A stretch of 64,000 nt of DNA from an uncultured Bacteroidota bacterium (GCA_963697545.1 CAVOOL010000022.1:12979-76978); one strand, 5' to 3'; counted from the stretch's first letter, positions 1 through 9,184 are shown. Notes: a model not told the origin generated them from the letters alone. Made by a program: numbers and translations.

Positions 1-80
1 GTTACTGTTGTGATCATCAGGTGCTTTACTTTAAACTGTATTTCGGAGTGTGCCGGGTCTATCTTCCATTTAATTGCCAT
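1..80 (-). CDS. YceI family protein, N-terminus only (runs off window edge)
   Basis: Manual translation MAIKWKIDPAHSEIQFKVKHLMITTVT matches the YceI W.iD..HS.i.F.vkH motif; not in ORF track. Confidence 0.8.
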   Translation of the reverse strand, partial: MAIKWKIDPAHSEIQFKVKHLMITTV

Positions 81-114
81 AAAGTTGATTTTTTAAGGTT
101 ACGTAAATTTATAT

Positions 115-128
115 AATGTTATAACATT
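115..128. promoter_or_regulatory. Perfect 14-bp palindrome upstream of yceI, possible operator
   Basis: AATGTTATAACATT is self-complementary and lies 35 nt upstream of the ATG. Confidence 0.35.
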
Positions 129-190
129 GATTTGACATTGTCTGTCATTTTGGGTTACGGATTTATAATCAAAAACCCTACCCTGCTCCG

Positions 191-1069
191 TTAGCCCATT
201 CTTACCGAGGTCATGGTTAATGAACCACCCACCGTTTTATCATTGAAAAAACTAACAGCCTCGTTGTTGTTTTTTAATCCAAGTGTGTATAGAAGCGGCA
301 GGTAATGCTCAGGCGTGGGAATGGAAAGCTGTGCTTCTCTTCCCAGGTTTTGAAAGTTGATCAGTTTATGGTGTTCATTGTTACCGATCAATTCCTTAAA
401 AGTGGTGTTCATTTGAAGAGCCCAGTCGTAACCAAACTCCGGCTCATCTATTTTGTCCCAGGCAACCATTCTTAAGTTGTGTACCATATTGCCGCTTCCT
501 AGAATAAGCACTCCTTTTTTCCGCAGGTTATACAGCTCTTTAGCAAGATCATAATGGTACTGCGGGCTCTTGGTATAATCGATGCTCAGTTGCAATACAG
601 GAATATTGGCGTCGGGATACATATGCCTTACCACTGTCCATGTGCCATGGTCCAAACCCCAGTCATGATCCAGCTCTACTTTCGTGGAAGCGATGATGGC
701 AGTTGTTTCTTTTGCCAGTTCCGGATTGCCGGGAGCAGGATATTGCACATCAAACAAGGCCTGCGGAAAGCCGCCAAAGTCGTGGATGGTTTTTGGAAAA
801 TCCATAGCCGTGATCTTCGTTCCCCTGGTTAGCCAGTGCGCCGAAACCACCAACACCGCTTTGGGCGTTGGAATTTCTTTGGCCAGCTGTTTCCAGTAGT
901 TACTGAAACTATTGTTTTCAATTCCGTTCATAGGTGAACCGTGCCCAATAAATAATACAGGCATCAGGCTCTCCTCTTCTTTTAGATCGCCGGTAAATTT
1001 TTTAAATGCTCCTAAACTTGACATAGCTGTTGCTCCTGCAATAATTTTTACAAAATGTTTTCGATGCAT
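191..1069 (-). CDS. ygiD: 4,5-DOPA extradiol dioxygenase (DODA/LigB family)
   Basis: PVLFIGHGSPMN, SAHW, GLDHG, GSGNMVHNL and PTPEHYLPL motifs. Confidence 0.9.
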   Translation of the reverse strand: MHRKHFVKIIAGATAMSSLGAFKKFTGDLKEEESLMPVLFIGHGSPMNGIENNSFSNYWKQLAKEIPTPKAVLVVSAHWLTRGTKITAMDFPKTIHDFGGFPQALFDVQYPAPGNPELAKETTAIIASTKVELDHDWGLDHGTWTVVRHMYPDANIPVLQLSIDYTKSPQYHYDLAKELYNLRKKGVLILGSGNMVHNLRMVAWDKIDEPEFGYDWALQMNTTFKELIGNNEHHKLINFQNLGREAQLSIPTPEHYLPLLYTLGLKNNNEAVSFFNDKTVGGSLTMTSVRMG

Positions 1070-1183
1070 GACTGAAGTAGGTGTTTATAGTGCGCCTTTC
1101 AGGCTGCATTTCTTAAATCAGTATTCAGTGCAAAGCTACTACGGACACGGGCGGGCACCATTGAGCTAAGCCAAGAAATGGGA

Positions 1184-1197
1184 TTGACATAGATCAA
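1184..1197. promoter_or_regulatory. Fnr/Crp-type box upstream of the dioxygenase promoter
   Basis: TTGAC-atag-ATCAA versus Fnr consensus TTGAT-N4-ATCAA; -7 box TAGCTTTG at 1138-1131 on the minus strand. Confidence 0.5.
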
Positions 1198-1229
1198 GGT
1201 GATTTGTTAACCAATAAATGCCGGAAAAC

Positions 1230-1811
1230 TTACTTCTTTAGCGATACATTTCTGCGGATGCGGCTGAGCGTTTCCGGGGTAATGCCCAGGTAGGAAGCCA
1301 TCATGTGTTGGGGAACCCGTTGCGGAATAGTGGGACAAGAATGTATCAGCTCATTGTACTTTTCTTCTGCCGTACGGCTTAGCGAACTTATCAGCCTTCT
1401 TTGTGTAGCAATTAAACTGTTCTGTAATAAAATACGGAAATAACGTTCCATTTTGGGAACCTTTTCCATCATTTCATCTTCTGCCTGCTTTGATAACAAC
1501 AGCAATTCAGAATCTTCCAGCGCATCAATATTATACACAGAAGGCTCACCGGTCAAAAAGCTGAACTGGTCAGCGATCCACCAGCCTTCAAATGCAAACT
1601 GCATCACATGCTCGCTTCCTTTTTCATCAACGGTATATAAACGAAGCATGCCTTTTTCAACAAAAGCCACGTACTTACAGGGATCACCTTCCTGCAAAAG
1701 ATATTGCCTCTTCCGTATTTTTTTGGGTCTGAAAAAAGACCGGCAGATGTCTTTTTCTTCTTCTGTCAGGTGAACCTTTTCCTCAAACTTGTCAAATAAT
1801 AAGTCAAACAT
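1230..1811 (-). CDS. Crp/Fnr family transcriptional regulator
   Basis: cNMP-binding fold (LLQEGD, FVEKGMLR) and C-terminal HTH (ASYLGITPETLSRIR). Confidence 0.9.
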   Translation of the reverse strand: MFDLLFDKFEEKVHLTEEEKDICRSFFRPKKIRKRQYLLQEGDPCKYVAFVEKGMLRLYTVDEKGSEHVMQFAFEGWWIADQFSFLTGEPSVYNIDALEDSELLLLSKQAEDEMMEKVPKMERYFRILLQNSLIATQRRLISSLSRTAEEKYNELIHSCPTIPQRVPQHMMASYLGITPETLSRIRRNVSLKK

Positions 1812-1878
1812 GAATGGACTTTGTTAAAGGCAAAAATAACGGAGTTCAACAAAGGTGGCACTAATTAAAATTAATAAT

Positions 1879-1971
1879 ATGCTATATCCGGAAAACACAT
1901 TACTATTAACACTGATCATTGGTTTGCTATGGGCATTTTGTAAAAAACAGGCAGGCACTTTTCCCTTTTAA
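1879..1971 (+). CDS. Possible 30-aa single-TM small protein
   Basis: MLYPENTLLLTLIIGLLWAFCKKQAGTFPF with an A-rich upstream region and A at -3; below the ORF-track cutoff. Confidence 0.3.
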   Translation: MLYPENTLLLTLIIGLLWAFCKKQAGTFPF

Positions 1972-2027
1972 GCTTTGCAGTTACGTGATGCTGGTGTCAG
2001 TAAGGAAGCAGTAGCGTCAGGAACCAT

Positions 2028-2160
2028 CGTGAAACGTGAGACGAGAGAGCGACGGAGGCTTCTTTCCCTTCTATCATCTATCAACTACCATCTATCATCC
2101 TCATAGCCGTTTGCTATAAGAGAGCTTTCCCTCACCATTCACCACTCACCACTCACAAAA
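2028..2160 (+). repeat. Dispersed intergenic repeat of about 130 bp, copy 1
   Basis: Near-identical to 6081-6208; core also present inverted at 45899-45990. Confidence 0.9.
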
Positions 2161-2177
2161 TGATCAGCCGCAAAATT

Positions 2178-2207
2178 TTTACCGGTTCATTCCTGCCGTT
2201 TACCGGT
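2178..2207 (+). promoter_or_regulatory. Putative LytTR-binding direct repeats
   Basis: TTTACCGGT twice (2178-2186, 2199-2207) with a 12-bp spacer, upstream of the operon encoding the LytTR regulator. Confidence 0.6.
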
Positions 2208-2282
2208 AAAAAGGCTTCTGATTACCTATCTGCACTTGCCTTAGCCTTAAATGCGTATTTACTTTGGTTAAAATTTAAAATT

Positions 2283-3092
2283 ATGAACGAAGATTTTACA
2301 AACGAAGTGGAAAGACGATGGGCACGTCATGAAAGGAGCAGCCGTCGCGGACGTGTATGGGCCGGTTTTTTCCTGCTACTGGTTGGCGGACTTTTATTGC
2401 TGAAAACTTTAAATGTATTTTTTTTCCCTGCCTGGTTTTTTACATGGCCTGTGTTTCTTGTGGCTATTGGTTTATTCATCGGTGCAAAACATGGCTTTCG
2501 CGGCGGCTTTTGGCTCATCCCGATTTTAATTGGCGGATTGCTTCTGGCCAATGAGGCCGATCCTTCTCTTCGCCTGGACCGGTTCATTGCACCCTTCATC
2601 ATTATAGCCATTGGTCTCGTCTTCATCTTTCGTCCTAAAAGGCATGACTGGCGAAAATGGAAACGGGGCGGAGCTGAATGGCAGGAAGGAAAAACTACTG
2701 CGCCTGTGTCAAATAACGTTGCAGGCGACACAAATGCTTACACCGCAGACCGCAGGGATTTTATAGATGTGACAGCCGTATTTGGCGGCGTGAAAAAAAA
2801 TGTACTGAGTAAAAATTTCCAGGGGGGTGATATAGTGAGCCTTATGGGTGGTTCTGAAATTGACCTGACGCAAGCCGATTTTACCGGAAGAATTACCATT
2901 GATGCAACCAACATTTTTGGCGGCACCAAGCTAATCGTTCCTCCTACATGGGATGTGCAAAGTGACATCACCGCCATCTTTGGTGGCGTGGATGATAAAC
3001 GGCAGATCAGTGGCGTGAACTTAGATCCAAACAAAGTATTAATTCTTGATGGCACCTGTATGTTTGGCGGGATTGAGATCAGAAGTTTCTAA
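2283..3092 (+). CDS. LiaF-like membrane protein (cell-wall antibiotic response; DUF5668/DUF2154 type)
   Basis: Four TM segments then repeated (A/S)(V/I)FGG beta motifs; start taken as MNEDF. Confidence 0.8.
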   Translation: MNEDFTNEVERRWARHERSSRRGRVWAGFFLLLVGGLLLLKTLNVFFFPAWFFTWPVFLVAIGLFIGAKHGFRGGFWLIPILIGGLLLANEADPSLRLDRFIAPFIIIAIGLVFIFRPKRHDWRKWKRGGAEWQEGKTTAPVSNNVAGDTNAYTADRRDFIDVTAVFGGVKKNVLSKNFQGGDIVSLMGGSEIDLTQADFTGRITIDATNIFGGTKLIVPPTWDVQSDITAIFGGVDDKRQISGVNLDPNKVLILDGTCMFGGIEIRSF

Positions 3093-3168
3093 GTGCCCCG
3101 TTTTATAAATGCAGCAATACTTGACAGGGTTGTTGCTAATTTAAATTACCTATCTAAAACATTTGTGT

Positions 3169-3529
3169 ATGAAATGGTATTTGGCAAAAATGGTTTACCG
3201 GATCATTTGCGGAGATGGCCGGCACACCCCACAGTTTGATGAGCAGTTGCGTTTGATAGTGGCAAGCAACGGGAGCGAAGCATTTGACAAGGCTGTTACT
3301 ATGGGTATGAAAGAGCAGGAATCCTTCCTGAATCAAAAGAATGAACTGGGTGCAATGGCAGTTTGTAAATGTTCCGGAAGTGTACCGGTTGAGCAAACTA
3401 ATTGATGGCGCTGAAATTTATTCACGCATCAACGAAGTGGAGGATGCAGAAGCATATACTACTTTCGTGCACAGCAAAGCCGGATCTATCCAGGATAAAC
3501 AGATACAGCAATTGCAGAATTTAATTTAA
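3169..3529 (+). CDS. DUF4288-like protein, one frameshift near 3349
   Basis: MKWYLAK...FDEQLRLI...A..KA joined to VQWQFVNV...DGAEIYS in the next frame. Confidence 0.7.
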
Positions 3530-3533
3530 ATCA

Positions 3534-4589
3534 TTGGCTACTTCACCACTAAAAAAAATGCGCTTCCGGCTGGTATTTGCCATTTGCTGGTGCCTGTGGA
3601 CTCTTCTGCATGCCTTTGTGCTGAACTGGTTTGGTTTTTCCTGGAAAATGGCCATCTGGGATAGTCTTATAAGTAATTTTTTACTGGTAAGTGCATCTAT
3701 TTTAATAACGGTTACACTTCAATTTTATATCCCCCAAAAAAATAAATACGGATATATTTTAGGATTGTGTGTAGCCCTTTCCCTAACATGGCTTTTAATA
3801 AGCCGCAGCATTTTAATTTTTTTATCGGATGATTCAAGAGAATACGCTACATTTTTTTCACAGTCTGTTCCCATTCGTTTGGCTATTGGTTTCCTTATTA
3901 TTGGGTGCATGGCTTTGGTAAGTGTTTTATGGTACACCATCCAGGACCAGCAGGAAATTGAAAAAAGAAAAGCGGAAGCTGAAAAGTTGTCGAAAGAAGC
4001 GGAGCTGTATAAGCTTCGCCAGCAGTTGCAGCCCCATTTTCTTTTTAACAGCCTGAATTCCATCAATGCATTGATTGGTTTGCAGCCGCAGCAAGCCCGG
4101 ACGATGATACAGCAGTTGTCAGACTTTTTAAGAGGTACGTTAAAAAAAGAAGAACATCAATGGACAAGTCTTACTGAGGAATTGCAGCACCTGCAGTTGT
4201 ACCTGGAAATTGAAAAGGTTCGTTTTGGCCACAGGCTTTCTACCAACGTTCAAAACGATGCAGATGACTCTTTGTATCTGCCTGCCATGCTGTTGCAGCC
4301 GGTTGTGGAAAATGCCATCAAATTTGGCTTGTATGATACAACGGATGTCATCACCATCAGCATTGAAGCAAAAAAGGAAGAAAATAACTTAGTCGTCGTG
4401 GTGAAAAATCCATTCGATCCGGAAACCAGTTCTCCTAAAAAAGGAACCGGTTTTGGACTAAGCTCCGTGCAGCGAAGACTGTATTTATTATTTGCCAGGA
4501 ATGACCTGTTGCAAACAGAAGCAAAAGAAAAAGTATTTATTACAACCATTAAAATTCCCCAACCAAATGATCAGGGCACTAATAATTGA
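3534..4589 (+). CDS. LytS/YehU-type sensor histidine kinase
   Basis: Four TM segments, QLQPHFLFNSLN, LQPVVENAIK and GTGFGLSSV motifs. Confidence 0.9.
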   Translation: MATSPLKKMRFRLVFAICWCLWTLLHAFVLNWFGFSWKMAIWDSLISNFLLVSASILITVTLQFYIPQKNKYGYILGLCVALSLTWLLISRSILIFLSDDSREYATFFSQSVPIRLAIGFLIIGCMALVSVLWYTIQDQQEIEKRKAEAEKLSKEAELYKLRQQLQPHFLFNSLNSINALIGLQPQQARTMIQQLSDFLRGTLKKEEHQWTSLTEELQHLQLYLEIEKVRFGHRLSTNVQNDADDSLYLPAMLLQPVVENAIKFGLYDTTDVITISIEAKKEENNLVVVVKNPFDPETSSPKKGTGFGLSSVQRRLYLLFARNDLLQTEAKEKVFITTIKIPQPNDQGTNN

Positions 4590-5310
4590 CGATGAGCCGC
4601 TGGCAAGGTCTATTGTGAAAGAATATTTGCAAAGCTTTTCACAGGTAGAGCTTTTACAGGAATGCGGCGATGGCTTTGAAGGTATAAAAGCCATTATGCA
4701 ACACCAGCCCGATCTTATTTTTTTGGATATACAAATGCCAAAGATCAATGGCTTTGAAATGCTGGAATTAATTGACCAGCCGCCAGCCGTTATTTTCACC
4801 ACAGCGTTTGACGAGTATGCCATCAGGGCTTTTGAAACACATGCGGTAGATTATTTATTAAAACCCTTCAGTAAGGAACGGTTTGATAAGGCGCTGGATA
4901 AATTCTTCAACCAGTCTGTTTTACAAAGCCAAAAAAAAGCCACAGAAGAGTTGCTTCAGTCAACAACAGAAATGACCGCACAACAGGAACGCATTGTGGT
5001 AAAAACCGGTGGTAAGATCCGGATCATACCGGTGCCCGATATCCAGTATCTGGAAGCGGCGGATGATTATGTAAAAATCCATACGGCCGAAGGAAGCTTT
5101 CTGAAGAATAAAACCATGGGCTTTTTTGAAGCCGCTTTGCCTCCCAATGAATTTGTGCGAACGCACCGTTCCTATATCATTAACGTTAAAGAGATCACCC
5201 GGATCGATCCTTATGAAAAGGAAAATCATTTAGCCATTTTAAGATCAGGGGCAAGAATTCCTGTAAGCAAAAATGGTTATGGAAAATTGAAAATGGTGCT
5301 GGGGTTATAA
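4567..5310 (+). CDS. LytTR family response regulator
   Basis: REC domain (IIDDE, FLDIQMP, DYLLKP) plus LytTR domain (FVRTHRSYIIN); start taken as MIRAL. Confidence 0.92.
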   Translation: MIRALIIDDEPLARSIVKEYLQSFSQVELLQECGDGFEGIKAIMQHQPDLIFLDIQMPKINGFEMLELIDQPPAVIFTTAFDEYAIRAFETHAVDYLLKPFSKERFDKALDKFFNQSVLQSQKKATEELLQSTTEMTAQQERIVVKTGGKIRIIPVPDIQYLEAADDYVKIHTAEGSFLKNKTMGFFEAALPPNEFVRTHRSYIINVKEITRIDPYEKENHLAILRSGARIPVSKNGYGKLKMVLGL

Positions 5311-5931
5311 TTCAAACACAATGGGTTTGTTCATTAGTTCAAAAGAGTCGTTGGTTAAACTGGCATTAATGAATTTGATGCCGAAGTTTTTGGTGGTTCC
5401 ATACGATTCATGAATGTGTCCAAACACATGAACCTGGGGATTTATTTCCTGAATGGTGTTTAGCAGGTCTTTGCATCCTACATGACGGTCATTACCGGTC
5501 TGGTCAAGAATTCCAAAAGGCGGCCCATGAGTGATCAATAGATCTGTATCGGAAGGAATCTGCGTCCAGTGCTTTTGTATCTCTCCTCCCCTTGTGCGGT
5601 TAAACGCCCAATTAAAAAATTTAGGTGTTATGGGCGAACCCCAGATGTTGATGCCATTAATGGAAGTGCCGCTGTCATTCAAATAGATAATCCCATCCGG
5701 AATGAGTTTGACAAGGTCCTTCTCTTTTATTTTTTCAAAGAGAAAATCATGGTTGCCGGCAATAAAAATTTTATGTTCAAAGTCTTGTTTGCCAAACCAA
5801 CTGAGGAAATCTTCCACTTCTAATTTTTCTCCCCGGTAAGAAATATCACCTGCATGAATTAATACATCTCCTTTGGGCAATTTCACGCCCCTGTGTCTGG
5901 AATGCGTATCGGCAAGTACTACAAATTTCAA
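5305..5931 (-). CDS. Metallophosphoesterase (calcineurin-like)
   Basis: DTH, HAGD, GNHD, HGPP and GHIHE motifs. Confidence 0.88.
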   Translation of the reverse strand: MKFVVLADTHSRHRGVKLPKGDVLIHAGDISYRGEKLEVEDFLSWFGKQDFEHKIFIAGNHDFLFEKIKEKDLVKLIPDGIIYLNDSGTSINGINIWGSPITPKFFNWAFNRTRGGEIQKHWTQIPSDTDLLITHGPPFGILDQTGNDRHVGCKDLLNTIQEINPQVHVFGHIHESYGTTKNFGIKFINASLTNDSFELMNKPIVFEL

Positions 5932-5948
5932 ATGGCTTTTGCAATTTA

Positions 5949-5977
5949 AAAGCTGTCCCGCATTGCGGGACAGCTTT
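5949..5977 (-). terminator. Strong hairpin, likely intrinsic terminator
   Basis: AAAGCTGTCCCGC-att-GCGGGACAGCTTT. Confidence 0.6.
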
Positions 5978-6030
5978 AGAAATTAATAAATGAATTGCCT
6001 ACAAGTATCTCATCAATGAACTTTTTATAG

Positions 6031-6208
6031 TGTGAGTGGTGAGTGGTAGTGGTGAGTAAAGCCACACTGGTAGCAAACCACGTGAAACGTGAGACGTGAG
6101 ACGGAGGCCTCTTTCTCTTCTGTCATCTATCAACTACCATCTATCATCTTAATAGCCGTCTGGTATAAGAGAGCTTCCCTCACCATTCACCACTGACCAC
6201 TCACAAAA
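6031..6208 (+). repeat. Dispersed repeat copy 2, bounded by inverted heptamer arms
   Basis: GTGAGTG-type arm at 6031-6057 pairs with the TCACCAC-type arm at 6179-6205; 6081-6208 matches 2028-2160. Confidence 0.9.
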
Positions 6209-6227
6209 GGCAGTTGTGCAATGGCTT

Positions 6228-6431
6228 CTATTTTTTTTTCCGGTCTGTTGATTGATTCCTGTTACTTGCCTGGTCTCTTTTTTTGTCTTCTGGTTGAGAT
6301 CTCTTCCCTCCTGTTTTTTCACCATGATTTGATTTTCCGGCATTGGCTGCCTGCCCAAACGGCTGGTTACTTTGATTGCTGGCTCCGCGGCCGGCGCTGC
6401 CACTTTTGTTGTTATCACCTCTTCCCGCCAT
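6228..6431 (-). CDS. Small hydrophilic, probably disordered protein (67 aa)
   Basis: G/S/N/Q/K/R-rich; A-rich leader before the ATG; sigma54-like box upstream. Confidence 0.6.
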   Translation of the reverse strand: MAGRGDNNKSGSAGRGASNQSNQPFGQAANAGKSNHGEKTGGKRSQPEDKKRDQASNRNQSTDRKKK

Positions 6432-6473
6432 GATTTATTTTTTTTATTGTGAATGATAATTAAACTTTATTGC

Positions 6474-6488
6474 GCAGTAATTGTGCCA
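6474..6488 (-). promoter_or_regulatory. sigma54-like -24/-12 promoter
   Basis: TGGCAC-aatta-CTGC. Confidence 0.55.
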
Positions 6489-6502
6489 TTAAAATTTCTA
6501 CG

Positions 6503-8563
6503 ATGTATTGTAAAACCAAACTTCTTTTTAGCTGCTCGTTTCTTTTTGTTTCTTTTTTTACTCAGGCACAGGATTTAGACAGCACCAAGGAAACGCAGTT
6601 GCCGGAGGTAGTGATCAGGGCTTTTGAACAAAACCGCCGGTTAAAGGACGTTCCTGCTGCCATCAATTATGTAGGCAGGCAAACGCTGGAAAGATTTAGT
6701 CCGTCTTCCATTGTAATGGCCGTTAATACAACACCCGGTGTACGCATGGAAGAACGTTCGCCGGGAAGTTTTCGGTTTAACATTCGCGGCAGTTCGTTAC
6801 GTTCGCCATTTGGCGTGAGGAACGTAAAGGTTTACTTCAACGACATTCCCATTACCGATCCCGGCGGAAATACCTACCTCAATCAACTGGGTTATTACAA
6901 CTTCAACTCAATAGAAATTATAAAAGGCCCCGGCAGCAGCTTGTATGGAGCCGGAACGGGAGGCGTGCTGCTTATAGAAAGTATGAGTGAAGCCGAAAAG
7001 CCATCTGTGTTTGCCGAATATGCCATGGGTAGCTATGGGCTGCAAAATATATATGGTGCCGTCACATCCGGTAACGGGAAATGGATCAGCCGGGTTGGCT
7101 TTCAGCATCAGAAAAGTGACGGGTACAGAGATCATTCTGCATTAAAAAGAAACGTACTTAGCTGGAACAGCCTCTTCAAGCCCGATGAAAAACATCAGCT
7201 CAAAACCACTTTTTTATACGGCGATCTTTTTTATGAAACGCCCGGCGCCTTAACGCTGGCGGAGTATAATTCCAACCCGAAAATGGCAAGGCCAGGCGGC
7301 TTTGGCTTTCCTGGTGCTGAACAAGCCAAGGCGTCCATCACGCAAAAAACCTTTATAGCCGGTGCTTCTTACTGGCAACAACTGAGTTCGCAATGGCAAA
7401 ACAAAACGGTTGCTTATGGCATGTTTACAGAATTGCGTAATCCTACTGTTCGCAATTATGGCAAGAGTTCTGAGCCACATATGGGGGCCCGAACCTTTTT
7501 CAAATTTGAACAGCCTTTTACCAATGCAAAATTTAACTGGGATATTGGTGGGGAATGGCAACAGGGGTTGCCTTCGGTAAGTATTCATAAAAATGTGGGC
7601 GGCCAGCCGGATTCGTTACAGAGCTATGATGAAATCAACAACCTGCAATACTTTGTATTTACACAGGCTGTATTGGATGTTAAAGAATGGACAATAACTG
7701 CCGGCGCCAGTTGGAATAAATTAAAAGTAGGCCTGGAACGCTTTCAACCGGCAGCATTAGGCAGACAGTCGCGAAGTTTTTCCAATGAAATAGCACCCCG
7801 GTTTTCTCTTTCCAGAAAACTGAAAGATTTTACCATTTACTCAAGTGTTTCCAAGGGCTTTTCTCCCCCAAGCACCGCCGAGTTAACACCTACAGGTGGC
7901 GCCATAAACTTGGGCTTAAATGCAGAAGAAGGCTTCAACTATGACCTGGGCGTAAAAGCGGGTTTTCAAAACGGATTGTATGTGGATGTGAATGCTTTTA
8001 TTTTTTCTTTGAATAACGCCATTGTGCAAAGAAGAGATGCAGGTGGCGGCGATTATTTTGTGAATGCCGGTAAAAAGCAACATGGAATTGAAACCTATAT
8101 CAGTTATCCTTTTTTGCAGTCCGGTAGTTTTATGGCCAGAAGCTTGTTTTGGGTAAGCCATACCTGGCACGATTTCCATTATAAAAGCTTTAAGCAATTG
8201 AACAGTGATTTTTCCGGAAAGGCCTTGCCTACCGAGGCGCCTCACACCATTTCTACTGGTTTTGATTTTACCGCGAACAATGGATTACTGGGAAATGTGA
8301 CGTATTACTATAGCGGTAAAATTCCATTGAATGATGCCAATACAGAATATGCGGCTGCCTATCATTTACTGGGTGCCAAGTTAGGTTATGAAAAATGGGT
8401 GAAGCAGGCGATGCGGATTAAATTTTTTGCAGGGATAGAAAATTTACTAGATCAAAAATATAGCTTGGGCAATGACATAAATGGCTTTGGTGGCCGCTAC
8501 TACAACGCAGCAGCCGGTAGAAATTATTACGCATCCCTGGTGTTACAATGGAATTATAAATAA
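6503..8563 (+). CDS. TonB-dependent receptor
   Basis: Signal peptide, plug (IEIIKGPGSSLYG) and C-terminal NLLD..Y...GRNYY barrel motif; start taken as MYCKT. Confidence 0.9.
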   Translation: MYCKTKLLFSCSFLFVSFFTQAQDLDSTKETQLPEVVIRAFEQNRRLKDVPAAINYVGRQTLERFSPSSIVMAVNTTPGVRMEERSPGSFRFNIRGSSLRSPFGVRNVKVYFNDIPITDPGGNTYLNQLGYYNFNSIEIIKGPGSSLYGAGTGGVLLIESMSEAEKPSVFAEYAMGSYGLQNIYGAVTSGNGKWISRVGFQHQKSDGYRDHSALKRNVLSWNSLFKPDEKHQLKTTFLYGDLFYETPGALTLAEYNSNPKMARPGGFGFPGAEQAKASITQKTFIAGASYWQQLSSQWQNKTVAYGMFTELRNPTVRNYGKSSEPHMGARTFFKFEQPFTNAKFNWDIGGEWQQGLPSVSIHKNVGGQPDSLQSYDEINNLQYFVFTQAVLDVKEWTITAGASWNKLKVGLERFQPAALGRQSRSFSNEIAPRFSLSRKLKDFTIYSSVSKGFSPPSTAELTPTGGAINLGLNAEEGFNYDLGVKAGFQNGLYVDVNAFIFSLNNAIVQRRDAGGGDYFVNAGKKQHGIETYISYPFLQSGSFMARSLFWVSHTWHDFHYKSFKQLNSDFSGKALPTEAPHTISTGFDFTANNGLLGNVTYYYSGKIPLNDANTEYAAAYHLLGAKLGYEKWVKQAMRIKFFAGIENLLDQKYSLGNDINGFGGRYYNAAAGRNYYASLVLQWNYK

Positions 8564-8637
8564 CACAAATGCACTATCCCCCTACCCGTAAAAATCTGGT
8601 AGATACTACTTATCGGAAGCGAATGGCTCGAATTTGA

Positions 8638-9132
8638 TTATGCCATGGAAGAAGTAACGAGTCTATGTTCCCAGGCTTTATTCTTTTTATGTTTTTTCCT
8701 GTCCAATAGTTTCATGACTCCGGCGGCTACCAATCCACCAATTACATACAATCCAACCGTCATAATTTTGGTTTGAACGGTGCGGCTGCTGTTGTCTTCA
8801 TCAAGGCCAAGGGGTTTTGGTAATAAAACAGCGCCCAGGCCGGCGGCCAGGCCTAAGGCAGCTCCTTTTACCAGGGCATTTTCTTTTTTACCGATACCGG
8901 CAAAACTGTAAAAAAGTGTGTTGCTTATTAAATCACCGGTCAAAGACCAGCCATAAAGTCTACGTTCATTAGGTGTTTTGGCTCCAATAACTTTTAATCC
9001 TTTCGCAATGGCATTCATTCCCATCAAGTCCATCCTTGGCGCATTGGGAATGGCTTTTTTTACTGTTTCGTGTATAAGAGTGAGTGCGGCTGCACCGGCA
9101 ACCCCTCCTTCCAGGGCATATAAAGTTCTCAT
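8638..9132 (-). CDS. Hypothetical membrane protein
   Basis: 164-aa ORF with Ala/Gly-rich hydrophobic helices and an A-rich start. Confidence 0.7.
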   Translation of the reverse strand: MRTLYALEGGVAGAAALTLIHETVKKAIPNAPRMDLMGMNAIAKGLKVIGAKTPNERRLYGWSLTGDLISNTLFYSFAGIGKKENALVKGAALGLAAGLGAVLLPKPLGLDEDNSSRTVQTKIMTVGLYVIGGLVAAGVMKLLDRKKHKKNKAWEHRLVTSSMA

Positions 9133-9167
9133 TTTATAGTATTTTTTATAGCAATCTGAGGTAATTA

Positions 9168-9184
9168 CTTAAAATTCAATGCCA
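9168..9184 (-). promoter_or_regulatory. sigma54-like promoter
   Basis: TGGCAT-tgaat-TTTAAG, 36 nt upstream of the 9132 start. Confidence 0.45.

Noticed and set aside
1855-1870. TGGCAC upstream of the 30-aa ORF as a sixth sigma54-like box
   Set aside because: The -12 position reads AAAA and does not fit the other sites
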